Part shown: positions 1 to 11,072 of the stretch, one piece after another
How positions within the stretch are numbered: the first letter of the stretch is position 1
Layout of the letters: every line of letters starts with the position of its first letter
Source of the DNA: Sporopachydermia quercuum
Lineage: Eukaryota
Direction: 5' to 3'
NCBI GenBank assembly: GCA_001599295.1
Contig: BCGN01000008.1
Span: forward strand, 1,178,001-1,242,000
Length of the DNA: 64,000 bases
Notes under the pieces: generated by a model
Told to the model about the DNA's origin: nothing
The model's database searches: none
What the model saw: only the letters and a program-made list of their open reading frames with translations
Program-made: the position numbers and the translations under genes

Positions 1-1213
1 AACTGAATCCCAACGATGGCCTTCCTATTGTTTGTCCTGCGCTTTGGATAGCCATGACAATAGCACCCTGCTGAGAGGTAAGGCCAATTGATTTAGCAAA
101 CGTTGATAGCGAAAACAACAATACAATGAAACCACCAAGAGAACAAACTTGCCAAAATATTATCAGCATCAATGGATAGCTAAGTAGGGCTTTAGGGTCA
201 AATATCCTTCTACTGGGCTGAACTAAATGATTTCTGCTTCTAACTAATGTACCTGTGATAATACAAAGTGTTACTGACATAATTGCCATCGTTCTTAAGG
301 CCCAGTGCACTCCATACAAAGAAATCATCTTTTGGCAAACTAAAGAATACGTCAAACCACCGGCTCCTGAGCCTCCTGCTGAAATACCGTTAGCTTTACT
401 TCTGTTCTTTTGAAACCACTGAGGAATAACTGACACACTCGGTAAATATATGAAGCCAACACCAATTCCAAATGCTACTCCTTGAGATAAAAACAATTGC
501 CAGATTCTCGTTGCATAACTAGCACCAAATAGCCCAGCAAATTGAAATGCGCAACCCAGATAGATACATTGTTTGGTGCCTAATTTTTCTATAGCCTTAG
601 TAACGAAAGGAGCAATAATCTGAGGTAAGCCGTTGGATAAACCTCCTACTAGGGCATATTCTATTGGGGTTGCTTCAGAAAAGTGATTCGTAGATAAGTA
701 GAAGGCTAGGAAAACACCATAACTAGCTGCAGCACCCCAAGTGTTGAAATTGAGCATGAACTGAGCAAATACGCATACCCATCCATAGCCACCATCTGGA
801 GGTTTCGCATCATCGTCAAGAACTTCGACTCCATTGACAAAACCTGCACTGGAGGCCCTTATTGTATTTCTTGCTTTCGCGCTTCCATCTTCTGTGTTAT
901 TTTCTTCGATTACATCAAATTGCTCCGATGATTGCTTTCTTATCATATTACCGGTACTTTCTCTGGTTAGTCTTCTTGATAATTGTAGTTCCAGCTGTAA
1001 TTCTTGCTCGTCGGAAAGAATAATGCCGTCGTTGGCGATAATGATATTTTGGTTTGCTTCTTCCTCGTTTTCAACATAGTGCATAGGATTGTTTACATGA
1101 TGTGTCCATTTGAATGAATGTGATCTATGAGCTTCATGCGGGGACTGAGAATCAGGAATAGAGATAGGTGGATCCTCACTATCAGGCGTCTGGTTATCGG
1201 TTTCCTTCGTCAT
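1..1213 (-). CDS. MFS monocarboxylate-porter (MCH2/ESBP6-like) transporter, 3' end runs off the window
   Basis: Not in the ORF track. Hand translation from ATG 1213 gives MTKETDNQ...PPDGGYGWVCVFAQFMLNFNTWGAAASYGVFLAFYL...GIGVGFIYLPSVSVIPQWFQKNRSKANGISAGGSGAGGL, typical MCT/MCH motifs followed by TM helices. Confidence 0.88.
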   Translation of the reverse strand, partial: MTKETDNQTPDSEDPPISIPDSQSPHEAHRSHSFKWTHHVNNPMHYVENEEEANQNIIIANDGIILSDEQELQLELQLSRRLTRESTGNMIRKQSSEQFDVIEENNTEDGSAKARNTIRASSAGFVNGVEVLDDDAKPPDGGYGWVCVFAQFMLNFNTWGAAASYGVFLAFYLSTNHFSEATPIEYALVGGLSNGLPQIIAPFVTKAIEKLGTKQCIYLGCAFQFAGLFGASYATRIWQLFLSQGVAFGIGVGFIYLPSVSVIPQWFQKNRSKANGISAGGSGAGGLTYSLVCQKMISLYGVHWALRTMAIMSVTLCIITGTLVRSRNHLVQPSRRIFDPKALLSYPLMLIIFWQVCSLGGFIVLLFSLSTFAKSIGLTSQQGAIVMAIQSAGQTIGRPSLGFS

Positions 1214-1731
1214 TTTGAAAGCCTGTTATGAGATGATATTAAAAAAATATAGGAAGACTAATAGCTGTAGTTCTGCCTATAATTATGTAAATGCAATTGT
1301 AGATGCTGGTGTAGTATTGAGCATGCTAAATCTAGTGGTTGGACCCATCAGATGAACATGGATAATTTCTGTGTGTTCCAGGAGAATCAAACTTTTATGT
1401 ACTGCGTGCTAACAGTCAAAATGTTCTACTATCCTAGTTTCAAAACTTATTGAAGATTGTAGATAATATATGATAAAAAGTTATACCATATTACCACTAA
1501 CTATTGTCTATTGATTCTCTTCTGCCTAGTTTACAAAGATGAGCTGGATCCGACACTTTTGGGCGATATTGTGAAAGAAAAAAAAATGCACAGACGGAAA
1601 CGCAGATATTATCCAAAGCTCAATTAATCACAAATTTGTTATAAATTTTCTCTTACCTTCCCTTCTTCTATTGCTAGAAGGTAAATGAAAAGAATAGAGG
1701 TTTTTTTGGATAATAGTCATAAAAATAAGGT

Positions 1732-1751
1732 TACGGTGAAATATCACCGTA
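1732..1751. promoter_or_regulatory. Palindrome TACGGTGA-AATA-TCACCGTA containing CGG-N10-CCG (Zn2Cys6/Put3-type site)
   Basis: Perfect 8 bp inverted repeat about 520 bp upstream of the MCH-family ATG. Confidence 0.5.
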
Positions 1752-3454
1752 TTTGGTGTTTTGCCGCGGTTTCTAGGATTAAGGTTGATACCGTTATGCC
1801 AGTACAGGAAAGAAGCTTTAGAGTTAAGCCTATATGAGGGTATGAACTGGAACTGGTCGAGGGTTGTTCTGATAGAAATGTTGTACCAGAGTGCGGTTAC
1901 TATTAGGTTTTACAGGCATAAAAACAGTAAATCAAACCCTTATGGTTCTGTTGTTTTCAAAGAATTGAATGTGTGATTTCTGCTTTTCCTTTTAGATATT
2001 TTGTGGAATCGTATAGCACTTGTTTGTCTGACAGATGTTAGAGATAAACTTCCAAGATGTGCATATATGTTGCATTAATCGTGCATGAGATCTCTATTCC
2101 TATTGATCATCTTTGCCCTAACAATAAATCTTAGCAGATCATGATCTACTCTCTCAAGCTTAAAATTTACTTGAAAATAATTATGAATTAGAGCATAAAG
2201 CTGTCTATTTCCTGTCCAAATGACCTAGCGTCATAAAACCGTTCTCATTCAATTAGAAACACACATTTCCTAATACTCATATCAACCCCGTCTTTCAAGC
2301 GGGATTTCCCAAAGTAGAAACTTTCATATTCATTTCTTATAATTTAGCCTTCTTCAGAAACTCCGAAAAACCGGTCCGAGTTCTAACTACAAAAAGAACA
2401 TACTATATGACAGCTGAGAAGGAAACTAATAAAATACGGCTATTATTTATCAGATATCTACAATTTATACATCAAATCTCGGCTGCCTTCGAAGATTGAT
2501 TATATAGTGCTATTGATTATGTTTAGATTAAAAAATTAGTGTTGTTTAATGGTTTGGTCGTTTAGTAGGTGAAATGTAGATAACATATATAAGTAGAAGC
2601 AAATTGATACTATGATAAAGAGCATAAGGATATAAGGGTGTAAATACGAAGTAACGACATCATTCCATAAACATGGCAGGAAATAACATATTTTGTATGT
2701 AGATGATCTAAATCTCTTCAAAGGAGATAAATTCCAATGAGTAATTGAACTTTCTGATATTCAAACAACGACCAGTCAGTTATTGTAGCTCGATAGGTAA
2801 TTAGTCAAATAGCGTGTGAGACGTGAGTTCAGACATTGTTAATTGAATTGCATGCTTACGGCATACAATCCTAGAATTTATCATTAGCAACAAGTACTTT
2901 TTAAACACCATATACTAACCTAAAGAGACTAGCTTAGAAAAGAAGGTATAAATAGTACTCACATTAACTCATTAACTAAAGCTGTTTCGTTCATCAAACA
3001 AAGCAAACAATATATAACAATAACTAGAACGTTCTCCATGATCTATATTTAAGCAAAATAGCAAATAATGTAAACTCGTTCTTGAAGTAGTATAACATAC
3101 ATACATTTCAATGAATAGCTAACTAACTAACAAATAGAACATTCGGTTTTCCAACCAGCTTGAGATACATTTCTTTCTATAATCACCTGCTTTGTAAATA
3201 GTCGAATGGATATCATCTAAATAATAATATGATATCCTGGGCTTGAAATGTAACTTATGCCTTAATACACCTAACATCTCATCTTCCTTTCTTCCCTTTC
3301 TTTTGCCTCACATTAAGAACATTATTGTTATTGACCTGTTGTATCCAATAGAATCATCCAGGTTTTCATCCAGTTCCTCACCTAGAATGTCCAACCCATA
3401 TAGCTGTATTAATTGTATTAGCAGTATGTTATCACTGATCATCTTACACCTCGT

Positions 3455-5071
3455 CTAATCAATTCTTGCCATTGCCAAAGTATTGTATGTCTTCTTATCA
3501 TGTTTCTCGACTTTCTTCTTATTAGCTCGTTTCAGCTTATTTCTCACAACCATAACTGGTATACTGCTTTTGGTGATCAGATAATTCGTGGTATTACCGA
3601 GAAAAGCTCCAGTAATGCTTTTTCTACCTTTTGATCCCACGATAACCAGGGTTGGTTTTATATTATCGATTAGCTCAGAGATCAAATGTTTCGGAATTGG
3701 GTGATGAATTGATTCAATAACTACATGAACTCTTAGTTTAGTTCGTTTGATGAACTTCAAGGTTTCATTCGTAATATACCGGATATTCTCTAACCGTTGG
3801 TTTTCCATACCCTCGGGAGTTTTAGGAACACTGTACAATAAAGCAGAAGTTCCTGATTTTTTCTCTTCTGTTTCAATTGCATTCACAATGTACAGAATAG
3901 ATAAATCAGTGAGAATTGATCCAACGCACCATTCTAAAGAATAAATTGATTCTGATGATAAATCTACACAGCTAAGATATTCTTTTGGCTGCAGACCTTT
4001 ACTGATTACTTCATCATCTAAAGCTTGGAAGAAATTATCTCCTCGGGTGATTGTCCTGATGCAGGTATTGTTTTCCCGATCCAGTTCTGGTTCCGACACT
4101 GAGATGAATTGATTGAGATCCAAAGCGGCTTTTTCGTCTGCTTTAACTTCAATGTCATCAGTATAAGGAATATCATAATCGGAGTTCTTAGCCGTTCCGA
4201 GAATGTCCCGACGATGGTCTCGATATTTCATGAGTTCATTCCGATACTCAGTTCTTGGATCCGGTCCGTTTAGCATCGATTTGTATGAAATGCCACTATT
4301 ATACTGTTTAGCTCTTTCTTTATGTTCTTTAGAGGAGGTGTCATTATCTACTGGATCCAATAGACTTTTAGCCTCCAAAGTCTTCCGATTGTCATCTGGA
4401 TTGTCTCTTCCGACTTTCTTATCCGCCATTACGACCTGTAAATCATCAACGGCAAAATTCGGAGCCACAGAACCTAGTCCTTCGTATTCTGTATCTGAGT
4501 CGGATTCGCTGACTTCTTCTTCTTCCGATTCTTCGTCTTCGAAATCCAAATGGTCTTCGTCGTCATCAAAAGAATCACGTCTGGATGTTGATCCGTGCTC
4601 GGACCGAAGTCGACTTGCCGGGTCAAACCGGACAATACTGAAACTAGAAGGTTCATCAGCAGATCTTGAACTGGAAAGTCTTCTGGCGCGTTCCTGAGTC
4701 AAATATTCCTTTGGGATCTCATCAACAGGAATACCATTGATTCGGGCTTTGTTTGACATCAGCCCCGCGGGCATTGGTGATATTGATCGCACATTACTCA
4801 ATGCTGGACTTAATGAGCTATTAGGAGATATAGACCGTCCTCTTATTGGCGAATGAGAGTCTGGCATAAGTGAATGGTTTGCACCGTAGCTATGATGGGA
4901 AGGTAGCATTGCTGGATCTCCTGGTACTCCTGCTAATAGTGATTGAACAGCGGAGCCTCTTCGTGAGCCGCCTTGACTTGAAAATGATGCTGCTGAATTG
5001 GTTCTTGTTGCAGTCAATAAGTCATTACGACTTGAAGGAGAATTTAGCGATGGTCTCCTTGGTTGATGCAT
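3455..5071 (-). CDS. Universal stress protein (UspA) domain protein with long Ser-rich/acidic N-terminus
   Basis: C-terminal YLSCVDLSSESIYSLEW...LVIVGSKGRKSITGAFLGNTTNYLITKSSIPVMVVR is a USP fold motif. First in-frame ATG is 5071 (the track starts at GTG 5125). Confidence 0.88.
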   Translation of the reverse strand: MHQPRRPSLNSPSSRNDLLTATRTNSAASFSSQGGSRRGSAVQSLLAGVPGDPAMLPSHHSYGANHSLMPDSHSPIRGRSISPNSSLSPALSNVRSISPMPAGLMSNKARINGIPVDEIPKEYLTQERARRLSSSRSADEPSSFSIVRFDPASRLRSEHGSTSRRDSFDDDEDHLDFEDEESEEEEVSESDSDTEYEGLGSVAPNFAVDDLQVVMADKKVGRDNPDDNRKTLEAKSLLDPVDNDTSSKEHKERAKQYNSGISYKSMLNGPDPRTEYRNELMKYRDHRRDILGTAKNSDYDIPYTDDIEVKADEKAALDLNQFISVSEPELDRENNTCIRTITRGDNFFQALDDEVISKGLQPKEYLSCVDLSSESIYSLEWCVGSILTDLSILYIVNAIETEEKKSGTSALLYSVPKTPEGMENQRLENIRYITNETLKFIKRTKLRVHVVIESIHHPIPKHLISELIDNIKPTLVIVGSKGRKSITGAFLGNTTNYLITKSSIPVMVVRNKLKRANKKKVEKHDKKTYNTLAMARID

Positions 5072-6909
5072 TGTATCTGTGTAGTTGGATAGATGGATGA
5101 ACTGTAGCTGTAACTTTTGATACACTCAATATCTAGTGTATCCTTGTAGAATAAGACAACAATTGCATCAAACAACTATGTGTGTCAGGATGACAATTAC
5201 TTTTGTCGTTGCTGAAGTAGGTTTTAACAATTGCTTTCAATGAAAAAAATGGGTTGTGTTACTTATTATGAGAATAGCGTTCTAACGTTAAACTGTAAAA
5301 AAGCAGCCATATGAGTTCATCCAGTAATAAATTATGTAATCTTTAATTTGGCTGCACTGGGGGTGTATCTAGAGATGAGATAGAAATGATTATTTTGAGC
5401 AGAAAAGAAAGAATCCAATGATAGAAGCTGAGAGATAAAGAAGATCCCAGAGAATTTGGAGTGGAAATTTATGGCTTGATGATCTTCGTAAGTTTCTAGA
5501 TAACAATAAAGAAGAAGAAAGAAGAGAAATTAGATGGCGATGATGTAGGACAGTTGACAATGGGACGATTGAGTTACGGCCTAAAGGAGACTTGATAATA
5601 AGGTTACCATTAAGGTTTTACAAACGTTACTTATACATGAGTCATGCAGGGATGGATGTAGGAGCAAGACCAACAGTCTTAAACCTGAAGTGAATAAGAC
5701 GGAATAAATTAATTGATGTGGTACTAACATACTATATGGTTTTGGCTTCGGGTAAGACTAAAAATTTTGAGAATATGATAATGACGAAGGAAAAGCAAAA
5801 AAGTGATTTAAAAAGGAATACTCTACTCAGCCTCGAATTGCGTCAATTAGGTTGAGTCAAGTGTCAAGGTTTGTTTAATGCAGTGCCCTGCAGATAATGT
5901 GCATGGGAGTCCCAAGCTTAATGCCAGATCTTTCTTTTCTCATCGAATAGGTGGGGATGATTATCGGAAGCTCACCTATTGCACCTTTGGCATCGGTTAT
6001 AAGTGACTACAATTATTCTGAAATTCTATCATCAGTTCAGCCTGCTTTGAAAGTCTTTTTTATGTCGCTTTTAGCGTAAGCAAGTCGAATTTAATCTATT
6101 GATGCTTTGACACCTGGAGTTCTCCGTTGACTTATTTGGAGATCAACTTGGTTGAAGCCAGCATTCTTCTCTCTGATTAGAAGCGTATGTTATACTTATT
6201 GTGGGAAATAAACTTCATAATATTAAGTCTTAAAGTCATTGTTTATAAGCGAATGAATTTTTCTTCCATCCTTTTCATCAATATGATTTACTCGCAGTTC
6301 ATAAACCTATCACATGCAGTTAACTTTTTTTAATATACATATGAATATTATATAACTTAAGGCAATAGACAAACGAAGAACGAAAATTCCTGGCGAAATG
6401 CCCTTGTGTATACTCAGTATACTGAACCAACAAAAACATCGTTAGACAACTGGCAGCTATCATATATAATCATATTAGCATTGTACTAAATTAAAAATAT
6501 AATAACGACCCATTGTTAAGGAGGGATTAAAAAGCTATTAACACACCATAATAATAGTCTGGGGGTATTGAACATATAAGGTTCTTCCCTTTCTAACGTT
6601 CAGTTACATGGAGACTTTCTCCATAAACAAGCCTCATCTTTTCTAAATCATTACATAGTCGAATATACACATATTTATACCTACTCGTGCAACAATTAAA
6701 ATAAATAAATAATCAAAACCAATTCAAAACAATAAACAATGTTCTAAGTTCAATCTCGTTTCAGAGATGTTTCAGATAGAATTCATACTCTGCATATTAG
6801 TGCATAGAATAATGCAATAGATACATATTCATATATGAATTGCATATAAGATCGTCATCCTCCCAGAAAATTTATGTAACAACCAGCTATGCATTACTTA
6901 TTACTAAAC

Positions 6910-6929
6910 CACGTGACCTTTCACGTGAC
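6910..6929. promoter_or_regulatory. Tandem CACGTGAC E-boxes (Cbf1-type bHLH sites)
   Basis: CACGTGAC at 6910-6917 and 6922-6929, about 225 bp upstream of tRNA-Glu. Confidence 0.5.
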
Positions 6930-7153
6930 ACATTGGCATTTCACATCTATCTATATTTCTATTTGTACCTTTTATATATATATATACTATTTACTTCGCT
7001 GATTATTTACTCTCATTCTTCTCTTTCTAATTAATAAGAAAAGGAAGGAGAAGAAGGAAAAAGAGTAAGAATTCTAATACAATTCTTCAATTTTTCTTAA
7101 AATTCATTTTATTTTACTGAATGATGTATGATCAGACAGTAACATTTATCGAG

Positions 7154-7225
7154 TCCGATGTAGTGTAACGGCTAGCACGGTCCGCTTTCACCGGGCAAAC
7201 CGGGGTTCGACTCCCCGCATCGGAA
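7154..7225 (+). tRNA. tRNA-Glu (anticodon TTC), intronless
   Basis: Acceptor stem TCCGATG/CATCGGA; anticodon arm GTCCG-CTTTCAC-CGGGC; T-loop GGTTCGACTCC; downstream oligo-T Pol III terminator. Confidence 0.97.
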
Positions 7226-7883
7226 TTATTTTTTCCTTTCTAATTTTGGTTTTTATTCTCAGCAAACAATATTAATATTGGTGTACAACCACTCACTGTT
7301 GTCTTTTTTTTCCAATTTTGTTTGAAGCTGAGTTCACTATGCTCTATTCTTTTTTATGAATATAGTAATCAAGGTTCGTTTACGCTGGTACGTTCATGTA
7401 CGACGACACGGCATTTAACCAATATCCTCTTGCAACATCCAACTACGAAGTATCCAACAATGTCAACTTTTAATTATGAAGTAACTGGCTGTTAATAAAT
7501 ATGTCTATTATGTACACGTCCAAAGTATTTGCGGAATTATTCTTGGCTATCCTTTTTGAAAGCTTCTGCTTCCTGTATATTGCTTTCTGTCATCTTCACT
7601 GAAGACAGACAGAAACACCACACTTGACACTCTACAGAATGTGTATGATTCAAGAGACTCTCTGAATCATTGCACGGCATAAAGACTCGACAGTGCCAAG
7701 TCATAATCGAGCAATTAAACCATTAGTTTAAGTGGGGCATGCTAAACGTAGCCCTCGTCGATTTGAAAGAGAATCCTTTTAGGTAATCTTCCAATTCATA
7801 CACGTTAAAATAAATGTTACAGCTTCGCAAACCCTTAGCCCATATTGGAAGTTAAAATAAGTAAAAAGATTCCCGATTTTCGA

Positions 7884-8891
7884 TTAGAATTTATGCAAAG
7901 CATCTTTTGCCATTTGAAGAGCTCCTTCTTCCGTTTCATTACCACCAATAAATCCTGCCGCATGAACGAAAATACAACCTGGAATTCCAGATAATTTACT
8001 CAATTCTTGATCGCGAACGCCTCTCCATGGTTCAGGTAAAGATTTTCTATTTTCGAAGCCACTTGATTGCTTGGAAATTGCTTGGACTCTATACTTCCCA
8101 GATGAATCAGGATAGACAACATATATAAAATATCCTTCAAGATTCTTTGCAACTTCTAAATCATGTAAATGCTCTTTCCAAGGGCAATATTGCTTAAAAT
8201 TGATGATCTTAGGCTCATCACTGGCTAATGCACTCTCAATTGCTTCCTCAACAATTTTCTTTCCTGGCAACCAACTCTTTCCTAAATAATCAAGCTGCTT
8301 GAAGAAATACTCACCAATCAGCTTACTGGCCTCTCGGAATCTAGCATCAAAAACTTCATCTCCATCCGGTTCATTCCATCTGGGATTAAAACTAGCAACC
8401 ATAGCAGGAAGAGTTATTTGAAAGCTTTTGAATGCAGGTTTGTCGGACTCAGGATATTGTGATATACCATTGTCATTTGCATCAATTGACTCAACAAAAT
8501 CCCTATAAACCTTTTCGTAAAGGATATCAACATTTTTGTCTTCTAATGGAATGTCCAGGAAGTTGGAGATGATTTCCTTACCATAATGCTTGTAAATCAA
8601 TCCTGCAGAGCTTAACTTGGTTCTGTATGAAGGAGAGAATGTTTCCATGAATCCTCTTTGGTGATGATCAAAGTACTTGATACCATCATACTTTCCACCA
8701 ACATCGACGATTATATCACATTTTTCAAGCAACTCTTGATTTCTGGATCTTAGTAGCTCTGCATTTTTGAATTTGGGTAATGATTTGAGCATGTAAACTG
8801 CTAATGCCTCATCCGCATGAAATGTACCTGAATGTGTTCCAATCTTCATTATTTTACAAAATCTTTTGGCAATATTCTGGACAGTTGTCAT
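7884..8891 (-). CDS. MYG1: MYG1 family 3'-5' exonuclease
   Basis: IGTHSGTFHADE, DIIVDVGG..FDHHQRGF, KLSSAGLIYKHYG, LPEPWRG, FVHAAGFIGGN motifs. Confidence 0.95.
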   Translation of the reverse strand: MTTVQNIAKRFCKIMKIGTHSGTFHADEALAVYMLKSLPKFKNAELLRSRNQELLEKCDIIVDVGGKYDGIKYFDHHQRGFMETFSPSYRTKLSSAGLIYKHYGKEIISNFLDIPLEDKNVDILYEKVYRDFVESIDANDNGISQYPESDKPAFKSFQITLPAMVASFNPRWNEPDGDEVFDARFREASKLIGEYFFKQLDYLGKSWLPGKKIVEEAIESALASDEPKIINFKQYCPWKEHLHDLEVAKNLEGYFIYVVYPDSSGKYRVQAISKQSSGFENRKSLPEPWRGVRDQELSKLSGIPGCIFVHAAGFIGGNETEEGALQMAKDALHKF

Positions 8892-9493
8892 TATGCTTTT
8901 TTGATCTATAGTGATTCCAAATTCACAACGAGATTCCTGCTTCTGATCTCTCTATGTTAATTTCTTAAAAGACAATTTTGATGTCTAGTTATAATGAATT
9001 TTTCCTAATATAATTTACTGTAATGAGTATCTCACCATAGAAAAGATTTTCATTAGTAATGAGCTCTACTTGACTACTTGGATAACGTTAAAATCTAGTG
9101 AATCACGTGCAAAATATAAGGGTAAAATAGAACTGCAATTGTTTTATATTTTTTTGAAGGTAATAGCTATCGGTATCAAATATACATATATCCATGATCA
9201 GTGCACTTCAAGACTAGGTAAATAACAGCATGAAATCTATTCCTTTGTCGGCCACAGCTCACAATCTCACAATCTACTCACCAACCCATCTACTCACGCA
9301 CTCGGATGGAACGAAACATTGTACAGGCAATGGATCCTTTCACTAACAGGAAGAAAGATATCACATTGAGAGTTCACGTAATAAAGAGTATACAATTTCC
9401 AGAAATTCTTTCTAACCGAATATTAATGAATTTAGAATCGTCTTGTTGTTCATTCAATATAACGAAGCATTATAGACATTAATATCATCAAAA

Positions 9494-10415
9494 ATGGTAT
9501 GTGTGATTAGCATTTGATTGAAAGAGATGATAGTTGAGAGCATGATAACGATTATGTTGGAGTGTTGATGGGAAGGCTTGAGGTACTTAAAGGTGATTTT
9601 CCGTGACAGCACAACACTTCGACCTTGAATAGTATAAAAGGGCGTTGAGAATGGGTCAACAGAAGTCACTACATCTAGACGAAGTTCAATATTGACCTCA
9701 ACACCTGCCTATGCATGAAATATAGTCAAATGAGTATGGCAACGAAAGAGCTCGTAAAAGATAGAGAAAGATTGGATTTTGATGCCAACAGAACCATAAT
9801 ATTCAACAGGCTTTATAACCAGCATGATTATTTCTTGTGCCGCTCAAAATACGAAGGTTATTTCAACTGTCAGAAAGACATCTATGCCGAATTGGTTCAA
9901 CTCAACGTCAGGATTGATCAGCCCTCCGTAAACAATTTCTACAATAATTGATATAAAACATATCGCTCCCATAGTTATTTAACCAACACTCCTCAACATC
10001 AATTATACTCCAGTTTTATTGATATGAAAAACTAGCTACTAACAAATGTAATTAGGCCGGATTAAAGACCTACGAACTCAGAACAAAGTCCAAGGACCAA
10101 CTTGAAGAACAACTCGTTTCTCTCAAGAAGGAATTAGCATCCTTGAAGGTTCAAAAGCTTACCAGAGCTTCTTTACCTAAGATTCACACCGTCAGAAAGG
10201 ACATTGCTAGAGTATTGACTGTCATCAACTTGAACCAAAGAGATGCTGTTCGTCAACTTTATGCCAAGTCCAAGTACTTGCCAAAGGACTTGAGAGCCAA
10301 GAAGACCAGAGCTATCAGACGTCAATTAACCAAGAACGAAAAGCTTGCAGTCACTGTCAAGCAAAAGAAGAAGCAAATTGCTTTTCCTCAAAGAAAATAT
10401 GCTATCAAGGCTTAA
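9494..10415 (+). CDS. RPL35: 60S ribosomal protein L35 (uL29), 2 exons
   Basis: Exon1 is the ATG only (9494-9496). Intron 9497-10055 (GTATGT...TACTAAC 10037-10043...TAG). Exon2 10056-10415: [20 protein letters not shown]...[15 protein letters not shown]...[10 protein letters not shown]. Confidence 0.96.
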
Positions 10416-11072
10416 ACTTTAAAAGTTCAGTGTTTATTAAAATTTTATGTTTGATATCTATTCATACTTTGTATTTAGGTGTTGATGGTAATTAATCGTT
10501 TATTGTATGAGGTCGTAGCCATGTAAACTCAATGTATTTTTTGATATTTAGTATCGGTGGAAATGCTTTCCTAATAGTGGGATATTGGTATGAAGATACA
10601 TCGAACAGCAGCTTATTTATCCTTCTATTTTATGGCATACTTCCAAGATATGACCATTATGATATGACCATTACGCTATCCATTGTCAGTCACTTTTGCG
10701 CAATTAGCTAAGACCTAACTATCATTAGGTTGACTTACATTTTGAATAAGTCTTAACACTTCTAAACATCCATCCAGCTTTCCGAAAATCCTATATACGC
10801 AGTCTCCATTATTCTTCTATTGACCTTATAAGCCGATATAGACAATTTCCCAAAGCACAGCGTTCACCTTCCTCTAAACAAATTATGTGTATTCAAGTAT
10901 AGTAAACTTCAGCCCACATTGCATTTTACTTTTATTACAAGCATACTCCAATAAAACGAACTACGATGTATATGCTCTCAATGTTAAATATGACAAAATG
11001 TATTACATTCCTTTATTCTGACTATCACTAAAACATCATAATATCATTACTACTACGGACTCTTTCATCCTA

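Noticed and set aside
6910..7040. CACGTG plus AT-rich tract resembling a point centromere (CDEI-CDEII)
   Set aside because: No CDEIII-like CCGAA element at the expected distance, and point centromeres are not expected outside Saccharomycetaceae
9715..9951. 78 aa ORF upstream of RPL35 exon 2
   Set aside because: Lies inside the RPL35 intron with no recognisable homology; likely chance
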